From: Planctomycetota bacterium
GTDB taxonomy: Bacteria > Planctomycetota > GCA-002687715 > DRQF01
Direction: 5' to 3'
Assembly (NCBI GenBank): GCA_036479435.1
Contig: JAZGFI010000065.1
Span: 1-51,573, forward strand
Length of the DNA: 51,573 nucleotides
Shown here one piece after another: positions 1-9,090 of the stretch (within the stretch, counting starts at the first letter, position 1; every line of letters starts with the position of its first letter). Both the position numbers and the translations under genes were made by a program. The notes below the pieces were generated by a model that was given only the letters and a program-made list of their open reading frames with translations, was not told the DNA's origin and ran no database searches.

Positions 1-36
1 CCGAGGTTTTCAAAGGCATGGCTCGGATGCCGACCA

Positions 37-82
37 CCACGCTCTTTGAGGCTCAGAATCCAACGAGCCTCAAAGAGCGTGG
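37..82. repeat. Perfect 18-bp inverted repeat (hairpin) downstream of hipA
   Basis: CCACGCTCTTTGAGGCTC (37-54) and GAGCCTCAAAGAGCGTGG (65-82) with a 10-nt loop; no adjacent U-tract on either strand. Confidence 0.8.
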
Positions 83-235
83 CGATAAATCGCCGAATTG
101 CCCTCGACTAAGTTGGCTGCTGACAGAGTACGTCTCGGCCCCAGCGCCCAAGAAATGCTCGCGCCCTAATGGTGTTGCTGTATTCCCACAATTCTTCGAA
201 GCCGACTCGAAGCGATTGGGCATCAAAGGTCATGT

Positions 236-1462
236 CTACGGGAGTCTTTTGATTCGATCTTTGAGGCAGCGGGCGATGCGGTCTCGGTCGCGGCTGGGCC
301 AGGCGACTTCTGAGAGACTGTCGAGCCATGGTTCTGCTTTTCGGCAGAGTCGGGTGAGCATCTTGCGGATGGGAAGCTCAAGGGCCCCGTTTCTAAGACC
401 GAACTCGATGAAGTCCTTGGCGCGAAACTTGTCGTCGCGAGGGCCGAGTTTCATGGCCATGTGCTGGTCGAGGCCGCGGTAGGCTTGGGTGCTGAGAAGA
501 TCGTAGGCGGGGCTGAGTTCAACGAGGTCAGTGGTCGGGGAGATGCGAAGGCTGACGTTTTTGGCGTGGAGGTCGCCGTTGCCGATGAGGTAGCTGAAGG
601 CGTAGAGCTCAAGGAATCTCAGTTGCTGGAGAGCTGGCGTGCTGGTCCACTCGAGGATGGCGTTGCTGATCTCTTGGCAGCTAATTCGGTACTTGTCGGC
701 GGGGTAGCGGTCGAGGATTTGGCAACCGTCTTCTTGATGGAGTTTTCGAGGGATTGGGTTTCCCTTTTCGAAGACGCGATCAAAACGCCTGACGAGTAGC
801 GCTGAAGCGCCGTTGCGATCATGGACGAGCTTGGCCTCAGCGACTTCGAGTCCGCAGGCCTTGGCCATGCGAAGGAAGAAGAACTCGTTTTCGACCAGGA
901 GAGGTCGGTCGGGCGGATTCATTTTGAGGATGAAGGCGGCACCCGTCTTGTTGGCGCGCAAAGGAAAAGAAATCATGGAACCGGAGATCTTTTCCTGAAC
1001 CCCGGGGAGGCTCATGTCTTCGGGGGAGCCATCGGGGTTGAGGCTGGAGCGAAGGAGCTCTTGGAAGTCTAGCGACTCCGGCTTGCTGAGATCGGCGAAG
1101 CTGGCTGAGGCGGGAAGGGCCTCGCCTTTTGGCACCACGCTAATGTCGCCGATGCACTCGGAGCCGACGGCGACAAGGAGTGAGAAGAGGTCATCCGCGG
1201 ACGTCTTGACGCGGCGAGTGAGGGCTGAAAGGCGCAGGCCCTCGGGGAGGAGGCCCGCGAAAAAGGGATGAAGGTTGGCGCCCTGAACGCTGACTTTGTT
1301 CTCGGTGAAGGGGATGTTGAAGGCCAGGCCACATGACTTTGGGTCTTTGATCGATGCGGGGTCGGTGAATTGGAAATCCGCACCCTTCTTGGTCCTAAAG
1401 AGGGAACCGATGCGCTCGTGGCCGCGGTAGACATCGAGGCTTTCAATGTCAGTTGGTTTCAT
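236..1462 (-). CDS. hipA: HipA-family Ser/Thr kinase toxin with N-terminal couple_hipA domain
   Basis: Motifs PFFAGLLPEG, SLPGVQEK, LHQEDGCQ, GNGDLHAKN, LSPAYD; likely ATG at 1462 (MKPTDIESL) overlapping the end of the HTH gene. Confidence 0.92.
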   Translation of the reverse strand: MKPTDIESLDVYRGHERIGSLFRTKKGADFQFTDPASIKDPKSCGLAFNIPFTENKVSVQGANLHPFFAGLLPEGLRLSALTRRVKTSADDLFSLLVAVGSECIGDISVVPKGEALPASASFADLSKPESLDFQELLRSSLNPDGSPEDMSLPGVQEKISGSMISFPLRANKTGAAFILKMNPPDRPLLVENEFFFLRMAKACGLEVAEAKLVHDRNGASALLVRRFDRVFEKGNPIPRKLHQEDGCQILDRYPADKYRISCQEISNAILEWTSTPALQQLRFLELYAFSYLIGNGDLHAKNVSLRISPTTDLVELSPAYDLLSTQAYRGLDQHMAMKLGPRDDKFRAKDFIEFGLRNGALELPIRKMLTRLCRKAEPWLDSLSEVAWPSRDRDRIARCLKDRIKRLP

Positions 1463-1691
1463 GGATTCCGTCCACGAGGACTTGGGTTCCGTTTTCGAGT
1501 CGAAACTGCAAGCCCAAGATGGCCATGATGTCGAGGAGTTTGTCCAGGCGGACGGTGATCTTGGCTTTCTCGACTTGATGGATGAAAAGACGACCGCAAC
1601 CCGCGAGATCACCCAACTCTTGCTGAGTCAGAGACAAGGCGCGGCGGCGACGGCGGATCGCGGTTGCGAGTCTTGAGATGTTCTTGGGCAT
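1449..1691 (-). CDS. hipB: HipB-like XRE HTH antitoxin
   Basis: About 80 aa, IRRRRRALSLTQQELGDLAGC...VEKAK...RLDKLL XRE HTH pattern; GAGG RBS before ATG 1691; directly upstream of and overlapping hipA. Confidence 0.88.
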   Translation of the reverse strand: MPKNISRLATAIRRRRRALSLTQQELGDLAGCGRLFIHQVEKAKITVRLDKLLDIMAILGLQFRLENGTQVLVDGIHETN

Positions 1692-1692
1692 C

Positions 1693-1835
1693 AATGTCCT
1701 CGATCGAATACATTTCTGCGTATCATAGCCCTGTCGGCTCAAAGGACCAAGGAAATATATGCGATAGAAAACATTATCTGTCAATTGCGAGTAGCTCGCC
1801 AAGGGCTTCGCGAAATGAATGCGATCGAATACAAA
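1693..1835. promoter_or_regulatory. Three imperfect 22-bp palindromes, candidate HipB operators
   Basis: AATGTCCTCGATCGAATACATT (1693-1714), AATATATGCGATAGAAAACATT (1754-1775), AATGAATGCGATCGAATACAAA (1814-1835); spacing 61 and 60 bp; immediately upstream of hipB. Confidence 0.7.
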
Positions 1836-1991
1836 AAGATAGCGGGCCGCGTGGCGTGCCATGACTTTGAGGCGGAAGGGCACGCTGATCGCATGGCGGC
1901 CGCGAAGAAGCCAAAGCCAAAGCCAAAGCCGAGGCAGGCCAGGCGCACTTTGCTAAGAATGCCCGAGCTTCAGTACACAAGGAGACGTGGC

Positions 1992-3278
1992 ATGTCGGAT
2001 TGGTTTGAGCGGGCAAGAAAGTGCATTCCCGGAGGCGTTAATTCTCCGGTGCGGGCCTATCGCGGTATGGGGATCGATCCGGTGTTCCTGGCTCGGGCCG
2101 AGGGGCCTTATGTTTGGGACCACGACGACAAGCGTTACGTCGACTATGTCATGAGCTACGGGCCGCACATCCTCGGCCATCGGCATCCGGCGATCGATGA
2201 GGCCTTGGCCGAGGCGATTCGCGGCGGCACCTCGTTCGGCGCCCCGACGCGCCAAGAAGTTCTTTTTGCCGAAGAGATCTGCGAAGCCGTGGACAGCGTG
2301 GAGATGGTGCGCTTGGTCAACTCGGGCACCGAGGCGGTCATGTCAGCTTTGCGCTTGGTACGGGCGGCGACGGGCCGTGATCGCATCATCAAGTTTGAAG
2401 GCTGCTACCACGGGCACGCCGATGGGTTTTTGGTGCGCGCGGGTTCGGGGGCCTTGACGCACGGGAATCCCGATAGTCCGGGCGTGCCGGCCGCGACGGC
2501 AGAGTTGACGACGATCGCCAAGTACAACGATCTGGAGTCGGTGAGAAAGATCTTTGCCGACCAGGGCGATCCAATCGCCGCGGTGTTCGTGGAACCCATC
2601 GCGGGCAACATCGGTTTGGTTGAGGCCCGGGCGGGCTTTCTGCAGGGGCTGCGTGACCTTTGTGATCAAAACGGAGCGCTCCTTTGCTTCGATGAAGTGA
2701 TGACCGGCTTTCGAGTGGCGCTTGGCGGGGCGCAGCAGCTTTATGGTGTGAAACCAGATCTTACGACCTTGGGCAAGATCATCGGGGGCGGATTGCCGGT
2801 AGGGGCCTACGGGGGGCGGAGGGATTTGATGGAACAGATATCGCCGCTGGGTCCGGTCTATCAGGCCGGGACGCTGTCTGGGAATCCCTTGGCGGTGGCG
2901 GCGGGGCGGGCCGCCCTGGCGGAAATCAAAAAACCCGGCTTCTACGACGAGCTTGAAAAGACCTCGGCCCGCATCGCAGAGGCATTGCTGAGCGCTGCGT
3001 CGAAGGTTTCCTGTCCGCTGGTGCTCAACCGAGTGGGGGCCATGTTTTGCCCCTACTTCGCCGAGCAAGGTACCGAGATCAACAACTTCGATGATGTCTT
3101 GGGCACCGACCGGGAGCGCCATCAGCGCTTTTTTGTCTCGCTGATTAAAGAGGGCGTCATGCCGGCGCCATCGCCCTTCGAGGCCTGGTTTGCGTCGGCT
3201 GCCCACGACGACGAGGCGATTGAACACACCCACCGGGCCGCCCAAAAAGCCTTCAAGGCCGCTTTAGATGCGAACTAG
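1992..3278 (+). CDS. hemL: Glutamate-1-semialdehyde 2,1-aminomutase
   Basis: PGGVNSPVRA, NSGTEA, GCYHGH, FDEVMTGFR, GKIIGGGLP, YQAGTLSGNP; AAGGAGA RBS before ATG 1992. Confidence 0.97.
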   Translation: MSDWFERARKCIPGGVNSPVRAYRGMGIDPVFLARAEGPYVWDHDDKRYVDYVMSYGPHILGHRHPAIDEALAEAIRGGTSFGAPTRQEVLFAEEICEAVDSVEMVRLVNSGTEAVMSALRLVRAATGRDRIIKFEGCYHGHADGFLVRAGSGALTHGNPDSPGVPAATAELTTIAKYNDLESVRKIFADQGDPIAAVFVEPIAGNIGLVEARAGFLQGLRDLCDQNGALLCFDEVMTGFRVALGGAQQLYGVKPDLTTLGKIIGGGLPVGAYGGRRDLMEQISPLGPVYQAGTLSGNPLAVAAGRAALAEIKKPGFYDELEKTSARIAEALLSAASKVSCPLVLNRVGAMFCPYFAEQGTEINNFDDVLGTDRERHQRFFVSLIKEGVMPAPSPFEAWFASAAHDDEAIEHTHRAAQKAFKAALDAN

Positions 3279-3373
3279 AGTTGGCCGATGGCTTGGGCAG
3301 AGAGGCCTTGTGGGGCCTTGGCGCCGGGCTATACTCCCGACCCTAAAAGCGGAAAAGAAAAGAGCACAGAGTC

Positions 3374-3460
3374 ATGGCTAAGAACAAGCGCAAGATCAAA
3401 AAAGCAAACGGCGGCAAGCGCCCAGCCAACCACAATCAGCGCCGTAAGCGTAAGTGGTAA
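3374..3460 (+). CDS. 28-aa basic peptide, 50S ribosomal protein bL37-like
   Basis: Hand-translated MAKNKRKIKKANGGKRPANHNQRRKRKW*; KANxGKRP resembles the KANHGKRP motif of bL37; below the ORF-track length cutoff. Confidence 0.7.
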   Translation: MAKNKRKIKKANGGKRPANHNQRRKRKW

Positions 3461-3627
3461 AATGCTTTAGGATCTCTTGATAGGAGAGATCCGCCGCCTC
3501 GGTCCCGCGGCCGGGACCCGGAGTGGTCTCTTGGCCCTCCTTTCGTCGCCCCCCTCCGAACCTACCCTGGCGACGGGTATACTCTTAGCAATTCGATATT
3601 TTTCCCGTTTTCCCCGCGGAGCGACCG

Positions 3628-4650
3628 ATGCGTCTGCTGATTTCCGTCCTATTGGGGACCCTTGTGGCCGCGACTTTGGCGTCGGGCCAGTTCGATGCCG
3701 CGTCCCTTGAGAAGAAGTACCGCGACAAGACCGCCGAACCCTGGGTCAGCAAGATTGCCTGGGAGCGTCGCATCCTCGCGGCCCGGAAAAAGGCCCGCAG
3801 CGAAGGGAAGCTGATCCTCGCCTACTTTTGCTGTAGCTACCAAGAGTCGCCGGCCTGCGAGGTGTTTGAAGCTGGCGCCCTCTTGACCGACTGGTGGGCC
3901 GAGGTCGCCAAGGACTTTGTCCCTTACCTCAACATTTCGGCGCGGCTTGGTGACAAGCCCGACCAAGGGCTCTTGCTCGACAAGGGCGGCCGTTACTTTC
4001 CCTACTTCATTATCATGGACGAAGCAGGGCTCTTGCTCGTTGAATTGCGGCCCATCAATCGCAAGCGTGTCGAACAGGCTTTGGCCGACGCGCGGCTCAA
4101 ACAACGGCTCAGCCGAGACGCCGAGAGCGGCGAGAATATCGCTGCGGTGCGGGGTTTGCGGTTGTTGAAGATCATCCTTCGTGAAGAGGCCGCTGAAAAC
4201 AAAGAAGAGGTCGAGCGCCTCGCGAAGACCAAGGGACTCGACAAGATTCTCCTCGGGCGCCTCGAGGAGTACCGCGCCATCGTTCAGGTGCAGGACGTTT
4301 TTGACAAAGCCCAAGAGGACCTTCGTTTTGCTGACGTTGGTGATGACGCAAAGAGCCGTGCCGCTGTTCGCGCGGTGAAACTTCGTATTGCAAAGGGCAT
4401 GTGCGAGCTGTTGGCGAAAAAGGTCGAGTTTCAGGTAGAGAGCAACCCAGGGCTCTACCTCAACTACGCGATCTTTGCGACGAAGGGAGCCATCGCCAAA
4501 AAAGACGCGGCCCTGGGTAAGCGCGGCCTGGAGATGATCCAGCGCGGCGAAGCTGCCGCCGTGCCAAAAAAAGACCACGCAAAGTTTCGCCGAAGCATCG
4601 GCTTTTCGGATCTCAAAAGTCAGGTCGAAGCTCTGCCGAAGAAGGGCTGA
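3628..4650 (+). CDS. Secreted hypothetical protein with thioredoxin-like N-terminal domain
   Basis: Hydrophobic signal peptide; W...A.KKAR.EGKLILAYF...C...C and FPYFIIMD pattern typical of thioredoxin-like folds. Confidence 0.6.
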   Translation: MRLLISVLLGTLVAATLASGQFDAASLEKKYRDKTAEPWVSKIAWERRILAARKKARSEGKLILAYFCCSYQESPACEVFEAGALLTDWWAEVAKDFVPYLNISARLGDKPDQGLLLDKGGRYFPYFIIMDEAGLLLVELRPINRKRVEQALADARLKQRLSRDAESGENIAAVRGLRLLKIILREEAAENKEEVERLAKTKGLDKILLGRLEEYRAIVQVQDVFDKAQEDLRFADVGDDAKSRAAVRAVKLRIAKGMCELLAKKVEFQVESNPGLYLNYAIFATKGAIAKKDAALGKRGLEMIQRGEAAAVPKKDHAKFRRSIGFSDLKSQVEALPKKG

Positions 4651-4779
4651 GCCCATGGCAGGGCACCCAAGGCGATGGTTTAAGAATAGGGCCTAGATGG
4701 TTAGGCTGCGCGGTCCCAGAACCAACACCGCGGCCAGCCCCAGTCAAGTCATCGCCGCGGAGTAGCAGGAGGCGGTACC

Positions 4780-7044
4780 ATGGCGACTCTCGACATCTCA
4801 GCAATCCGAGCGATCTACGAAAAAGCGAAACAGCGTCACGCCGAAGCGCGTGAGAAGCTGGGCCGTCCTTTGACCTTGGCCGAAAAGGTTCTGTTCGCTC
4901 ACGCGACGACCATGGACCAAGACTTTGTCCGGGGCAAAAGCTTCGTTCAGTTCGCGCCGGACCGCGTGGCGATGCAGGACGCGACCGCGCAGATGGCGCT
5001 CTTGCAGTTCATGCATGCGGGGCGCAAAGAGGCGGCGGTGCCGTCGACGGTTCACTGCGACCATCTAATTCAAGCCTACATCGGCAACGACAAAGATCTC
5101 GATGTCGCGATTGAGACGAACCGCGAGGTCTACGACTTTCTGAAAAGCGTTTCGAACAAGTTCGGACTCGGTTTTTGGGAGCCGGGTTCGGGCATCATTC
5201 ACCAAGTCGTGCTCGAAAACTACGCCTTCCCCGGCGGCATGATGCTCGGCACGGATTCGCACACACCGAACGCGGGTGGCCTCGGCATGATCGCCGTTGG
5301 AGTCGGTGGTGCCGACGCCGTCGATGTGATGGCGGGGATGCCTTGGGAAGTTAAGTACCCCAAACTCATCGGCGTCAAACTTAGGGGCTCGATGAGCGGT
5401 TGGACTTCCGGCAAAGACGTCATCATGAAGCTTTGCGGCATCCTGACCGTGAAGGGCGGTACCGACCGCATCGTTGAGTACTTCGGCGACGGCACCCAAT
5501 CCATTTCGTGTACCGGCAAAGGCACGATTACGAACATGGGAGCCGAACTCGGGGCGACGACGTCGATTTTCCCCTACGATTCTCGCATGGCGGACTATCT
5601 AAAAATCACCGAGCGCTCCGACATCGCAGCTTTGGCCGACGAGTTCGCCGACTGCCTCCGCGCCGACCCGGAAGTCGCAGCCGATCCCAAAGCCTTCTAC
5701 GACGAATTGATCGAGATCAACCTCGATGAGCTTGAGCCGCATGTTGTTGGGCCGCATTCGCCGGACCTTGCGCGCCCGATCTCGCAAATGAAGTTGGATG
5801 TCGTCAGCGAAGACTATCCGGCAAATTTGACATCCGCCCTCATTGGTTCTTGCACCAACTCGTCCTACGAAGACATCGGGCGCAGCGTTCACGTCGCTAA
5901 GCAGGCCGCGGCGAAAGGTCTCAAAGCCGCGACGCAGTTTTGGGTTTCACCCGGATCGGACCAGATCTTCGAAACCATGAAGCGCGATGGCCAGCTTGAA
6001 GCCTTGGAGAAAGTTGGAGCCACCGTGCTCGCCAATGCCTGCGGGCCTTGCATCGGCCAGTGGCGTCGCGACGACGTCAAAAAGGGCGATCGCAATTCGA
6101 TCGTCACGTCCTTTAACCGGAACTTTCGCGGTCGCAACGACACCAATCCCGAAACGCTCTCATTCATTACGAGCCCTGAAATCACGACGGCCATGGCCTT
6201 CGCCGGGGACTTGCGTTTCAATCCCATCACCGACGAGCTGACGGCCGCCGACGGTAGTAAGTTCAAGTTGGAGCCGCCGACGGCGAAGGAGTTGCCCGAG
6301 CAGGGTTTTGCAAAGGGTGACCAAGGTTACGTCGCGCCCGCCGCTAATGGCGAGCAAGTGAACATCGTGGTGGCCGATAACAGCGAGCGCTTGGAGCTTT
6401 TGAAAAAGTTCCAGCCTTGGGATGGCAAGGACTACCAAAGCCTGCCCATTCTCGTGAAGGCCAAAGGCAAGTGCACCACCGATCATATCTCACCCGCAGG
6501 GGCTTGGCTGCGGTTTCGCGGTCATCTCGATCACATTTCCGACAACATGTACACCGGTGCGATCAACGCCTTTAGCGGCGAAACCGGCCACGGCAAAAAC
6601 CCGCTCACGGGTGAAAAGGGCCAGGGTTTCCCGCAAATTGCTCGCGCGCTCAAAGCCGAGGGCTTAGGATGGGTTGCGATCGGAGACGCCAATTATGGCG
6701 AGGGCTCCAGTCGTGAACACGCCGCGATGTCACCGCGATTTTTGGGCGCCAAGGTGGTCATCACGCGTTCCTTTGCCCGCATCGCCGAAACCAACCTCAA
6801 AAAGCAGGGGGTCCTTCCGATGACCTTTGCGGACGCGGCCGACTATGACCGCATCGACGAGGACGATCGAATCTCGGTTGCGGGGCTCAACGAGCTTACG
6901 CCCGGCAAGAGCATCGCGGTGACGATTGAAAAGCCCCACGGTCAAAAGATCGAAATCGAGTGTTTGCACTCGCTCAACAACGAGCAGATCGCCTGGTTCA
7001 AGGCAGGAAGTGCGCTTAACCTCATCGCAGCCCAACAGGCCTAA
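4780..7044 (+). CDS. Aconitate hydratase (short, mitochondrial-like type, 754 aa)
   Basis: DRVAMQDATAQMA, HCDH, GTDSHT, IGSCTNSS, ACGPCIG, NRNF, TTDHISPAG, GEGSSREHA; AGGAGG RBS. Confidence 0.96.
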   Translation: MATLDISAIRAIYEKAKQRHAEAREKLGRPLTLAEKVLFAHATTMDQDFVRGKSFVQFAPDRVAMQDATAQMALLQFMHAGRKEAAVPSTVHCDHLIQAYIGNDKDLDVAIETNREVYDFLKSVSNKFGLGFWEPGSGIIHQVVLENYAFPGGMMLGTDSHTPNAGGLGMIAVGVGGADAVDVMAGMPWEVKYPKLIGVKLRGSMSGWTSGKDVIMKLCGILTVKGGTDRIVEYFGDGTQSISCTGKGTITNMGAELGATTSIFPYDSRMADYLKITERSDIAALADEFADCLRADPEVAADPKAFYDELIEINLDELEPHVVGPHSPDLARPISQMKLDVVSEDYPANLTSALIGSCTNSSYEDIGRSVHVAKQAAAKGLKAATQFWVSPGSDQIFETMKRDGQLEALEKVGATVLANACGPCIGQWRRDDVKKGDRNSIVTSFNRNFRGRNDTNPETLSFITSPEITTAMAFAGDLRFNPITDELTAADGSKFKLEPPTAKELPEQGFAKGDQGYVAPAANGEQVNIVVADNSERLELLKKFQPWDGKDYQSLPILVKAKGKCTTDHISPAGAWLRFRGHLDHISDNMYTGAINAFSGETGHGKNPLTGEKGQGFPQIARALKAEGLGWVAIGDANYGEGSSREHAAMSPRFLGAKVVITRSFARIAETNLKKQGVLPMTFADAADYDRIDEDDRISVAGLNELTPGKSIAVTIEKPHGQKIEIECLHSLNNEQIAWFKAGSALNLIAAQQA

Positions 7045-7082
7045 TTAGAGCCAAGGCAGAGTCAGCAAAAGGTCGCCGATCA

Positions 7083-7649
7083 ATGAACAACAACAGTCTT
7101 CAATTCCAAATCGCCGTCACGCCGAATCCCAACGTGAAGAAGTTCTCTTGGGGCAAAGAGATCTGTGCGAATGGCCCCTTTGACTTTGCGTCTCAAAAGG
7201 CCGCTGAACGCTCTCCCCTGGCGAGTGGCGTTTTCAAACAAAACGGTGTTCTCGCGGTTTTCGTCGGTCGCGATTTCGTCTCGGTGCGTAAGCACGAGGG
7301 CGTGGGATGGGATAGCTTGGAGGGCATGATCGCCGAATCCTTGGAGAGCTTTGTGGCCTCCGGTGAAGACGCGATTGGTCCAGATCCGGAAGCCGACGCC
7401 GAAGCCGTCGATCCGCGCGATGTCGAAGCGCGCATTCAAAAGGTCTTGGACGATGATATCCGGCCCGCGGTGGCGATGGATGGCGGCGACATCGCCTTGA
7501 TTGGATTCGATGAGGGTATTGTGACCGTTCAGTTGCAAGGAGCCTGCGTGGGCTGCCCGAGCAGCACCGCAACTTTGAAGATGGGAGTTGAGCGGCGACT
7601 CATGGCTATGGTCCCCGAGGTCAAAGAAGTCGTGGCGATGGACGCCTAA
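7083..7649 (+). CDS. NifU/NfuA-family Fe-S cluster carrier
   Basis: N-terminal TPNPN Nfu_N domain; C-terminal IRPAVAMDGGD...GACVGCPSS. Confidence 0.92.
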   Translation: MNNNSLQFQIAVTPNPNVKKFSWGKEICANGPFDFASQKAAERSPLASGVFKQNGVLAVFVGRDFVSVRKHEGVGWDSLEGMIAESLESFVASGEDAIGPDPEADAEAVDPRDVEARIQKVLDDDIRPAVAMDGGDIALIGFDEGIVTVQLQGACVGCPSSTATLKMGVERRLMAMVPEVKEVVAMDA

Positions 7650-7661
7650 GCTGGTCATCAG

Positions 7662-8720
7662 ATGATCGAGAGTATTGTCCTCGATTGGTCGGGCACGATG
7701 GCGGATGACCTTGGTCTGACTTTGGTCGCCACCAATGCGACCCTCAAGCATTTTGACGGCGAGGCCGTCGACCTTGATACCTACCGTCGAGAATTCAAGA
7801 TTCCGGTGATGGAGTTTTACGCGTCGCGTGTCCGCGCGGGCGTGACGCTCGAACAAGTCGATGACTGTTTTTTCGGCTACTACCGCGAAGGTCTTTCGCA
7901 AGTTCCCCTTTATGATGGTTTGGCCGAGTTGTTGGCCGAGTCCTCGGCGCGCGGCAAAAAGCTCTTTGTGCTCTCCACGGTTCCCACCGACATTTTAGAG
8001 CAAGGTCTTTTAGCCCATGGTTTGCGCGGGCACTTTGAACGAATCTACGGCGGGGCGACGGACAAGCGCCCGGTCTTGCCGCGCTTGTTGAACGATCACG
8101 GGCTTGAGCCGAGCAACACACTCTACGTTGGCGACACCGCACACGACATCGAAACCGGATTGGCGGCGAAGACGCGCGCGGGGGCTTCTCTTTATGGCTA
8201 CGGTCTAGAAGACGCGCTGCGTAGTCTGGAACCACCCGCCGATTATTACTTCAACGACATCGCCGAGCTGCGCGCGATGTTGGACCGCGAGCACCTTTTT
8301 GATTCCGTCCCTTTGGTCATTCCTACCGTGGGCGGGATCCTTCGGCGTTCGACGGGGGAGATCCTTTTGGTTCGCACTTTGAAGTGGTCCAACACTTTCG
8401 GGATTCCGGGCGGAAAGATCGACTACGGTGAAACCATGGAAGCGGCCTATGTCCGCGAAATCGCAGAAGAGACCGGACTGCGCGCCATCAACAACCGATT
8501 CGTCATGATTCAAGACTGCATCGAGACGGAAGAGTTCGTGAAGAAACGGCACTTTTTGTTGATCAACTACCTCTCCGACGTGACGAATCCCGAGGATTTG
8601 CGAATCAACTACGAGATTGAGGAAGCGCGTTGGTGTCACTTCGACGCGGCCTTGTTGCTGAAACTCAATCATCCGACCCGCGTGGTTCTCGACGAAGCCC
8701 GTCGCCTGGGGTTACTCTAA
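7662..8720 (+). CDS. HAD hydrolase-NUDIX hydrolase fusion
   Basis: HAD motifs DWSGT and YVGDTAHD; complete Nudix box GKIDYGETMEAAYVREIAEETGL. Confidence 0.9.
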   Translation: MIESIVLDWSGTMADDLGLTLVATNATLKHFDGEAVDLDTYRREFKIPVMEFYASRVRAGVTLEQVDDCFFGYYREGLSQVPLYDGLAELLAESSARGKKLFVLSTVPTDILEQGLLAHGLRGHFERIYGGATDKRPVLPRLLNDHGLEPSNTLYVGDTAHDIETGLAAKTRAGASLYGYGLEDALRSLEPPADYYFNDIAELRAMLDREHLFDSVPLVIPTVGGILRRSTGEILLVRTLKWSNTFGIPGGKIDYGETMEAAYVREIAEETGLRAINNRFVMIQDCIETEEFVKKRHFLLINYLSDVTNPEDLRINYEIEEARWCHFDAALLLKLNHPTRVVLDEARRLGLL

Positions 8721-8724
8721 AGCC

Positions 8725-9090
8725 ATGAGTAAGATCGCCACCATTTCCGTCGAAGGTCTCGAGGTCGAGTGCATTGTCGGCATTCTTGACCGGGAGCGCG
8801 TTGAGAAGCAGTTCGTGTACGTCGATGTCGACATGGACTACGACATCGAAGCTGCCGCGGCGGCTGACGACTTCAAAGCGGCAATAGACTACGTCGCGGT
8901 ATCCAACTGTTTGCGCGAGCTTCTTATCGAGAGCGAGTACCAGTTGCTTGAGACCTTCGTGGTTGAAGGCGTCGAACGGCTCTTGCGGAAATACCCCGCC
9001 CAACGTGCCCGCATCAAGGTCATGAAACCCGAAGCTATTCCCGAAGCGACTTGGACCGCCCTTCAATACGAGCAACGCCGTGAGTCTTGA
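8725..9090 (+). CDS. folB: Dihydroneopterin aldolase
   Basis: 121 aa; IVGILDRER...Q, IDY, QLLE, KP.A motifs. Confidence 0.88.
   Translation: MSKIATISVEGLEVECIVGILDRERVEKQFVYVDVDMDYDIEAAAAADDFKAAIDYVAVSNCLRELLIESEYQLLETFVVEGVERLLRKYPAQRARIKVMKPEAIPEATWTALQYEQRRES

Noticed and set aside
1693..1835. 60-61 bp periodic repeats as a mini CRISPR array
   Set aside because: Only three degenerate 22-bp copies, no cas genes, and the position at the hipB promoter fits operators better
1785..1991. N-terminal extension of hemL including the AAGCCA hexamer repeat (KPKPKPKP, 1908-1931)
   Set aside because: A strong RBS precedes ATG 1992 and HemL homology begins there; the short repeat has no evident function
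2343..4656. Long antisense ORFs (2343-3245 and 3649-4656)
   Set aside because: Shadow ORFs of GC-rich genes on the opposite strand; no protein motifs
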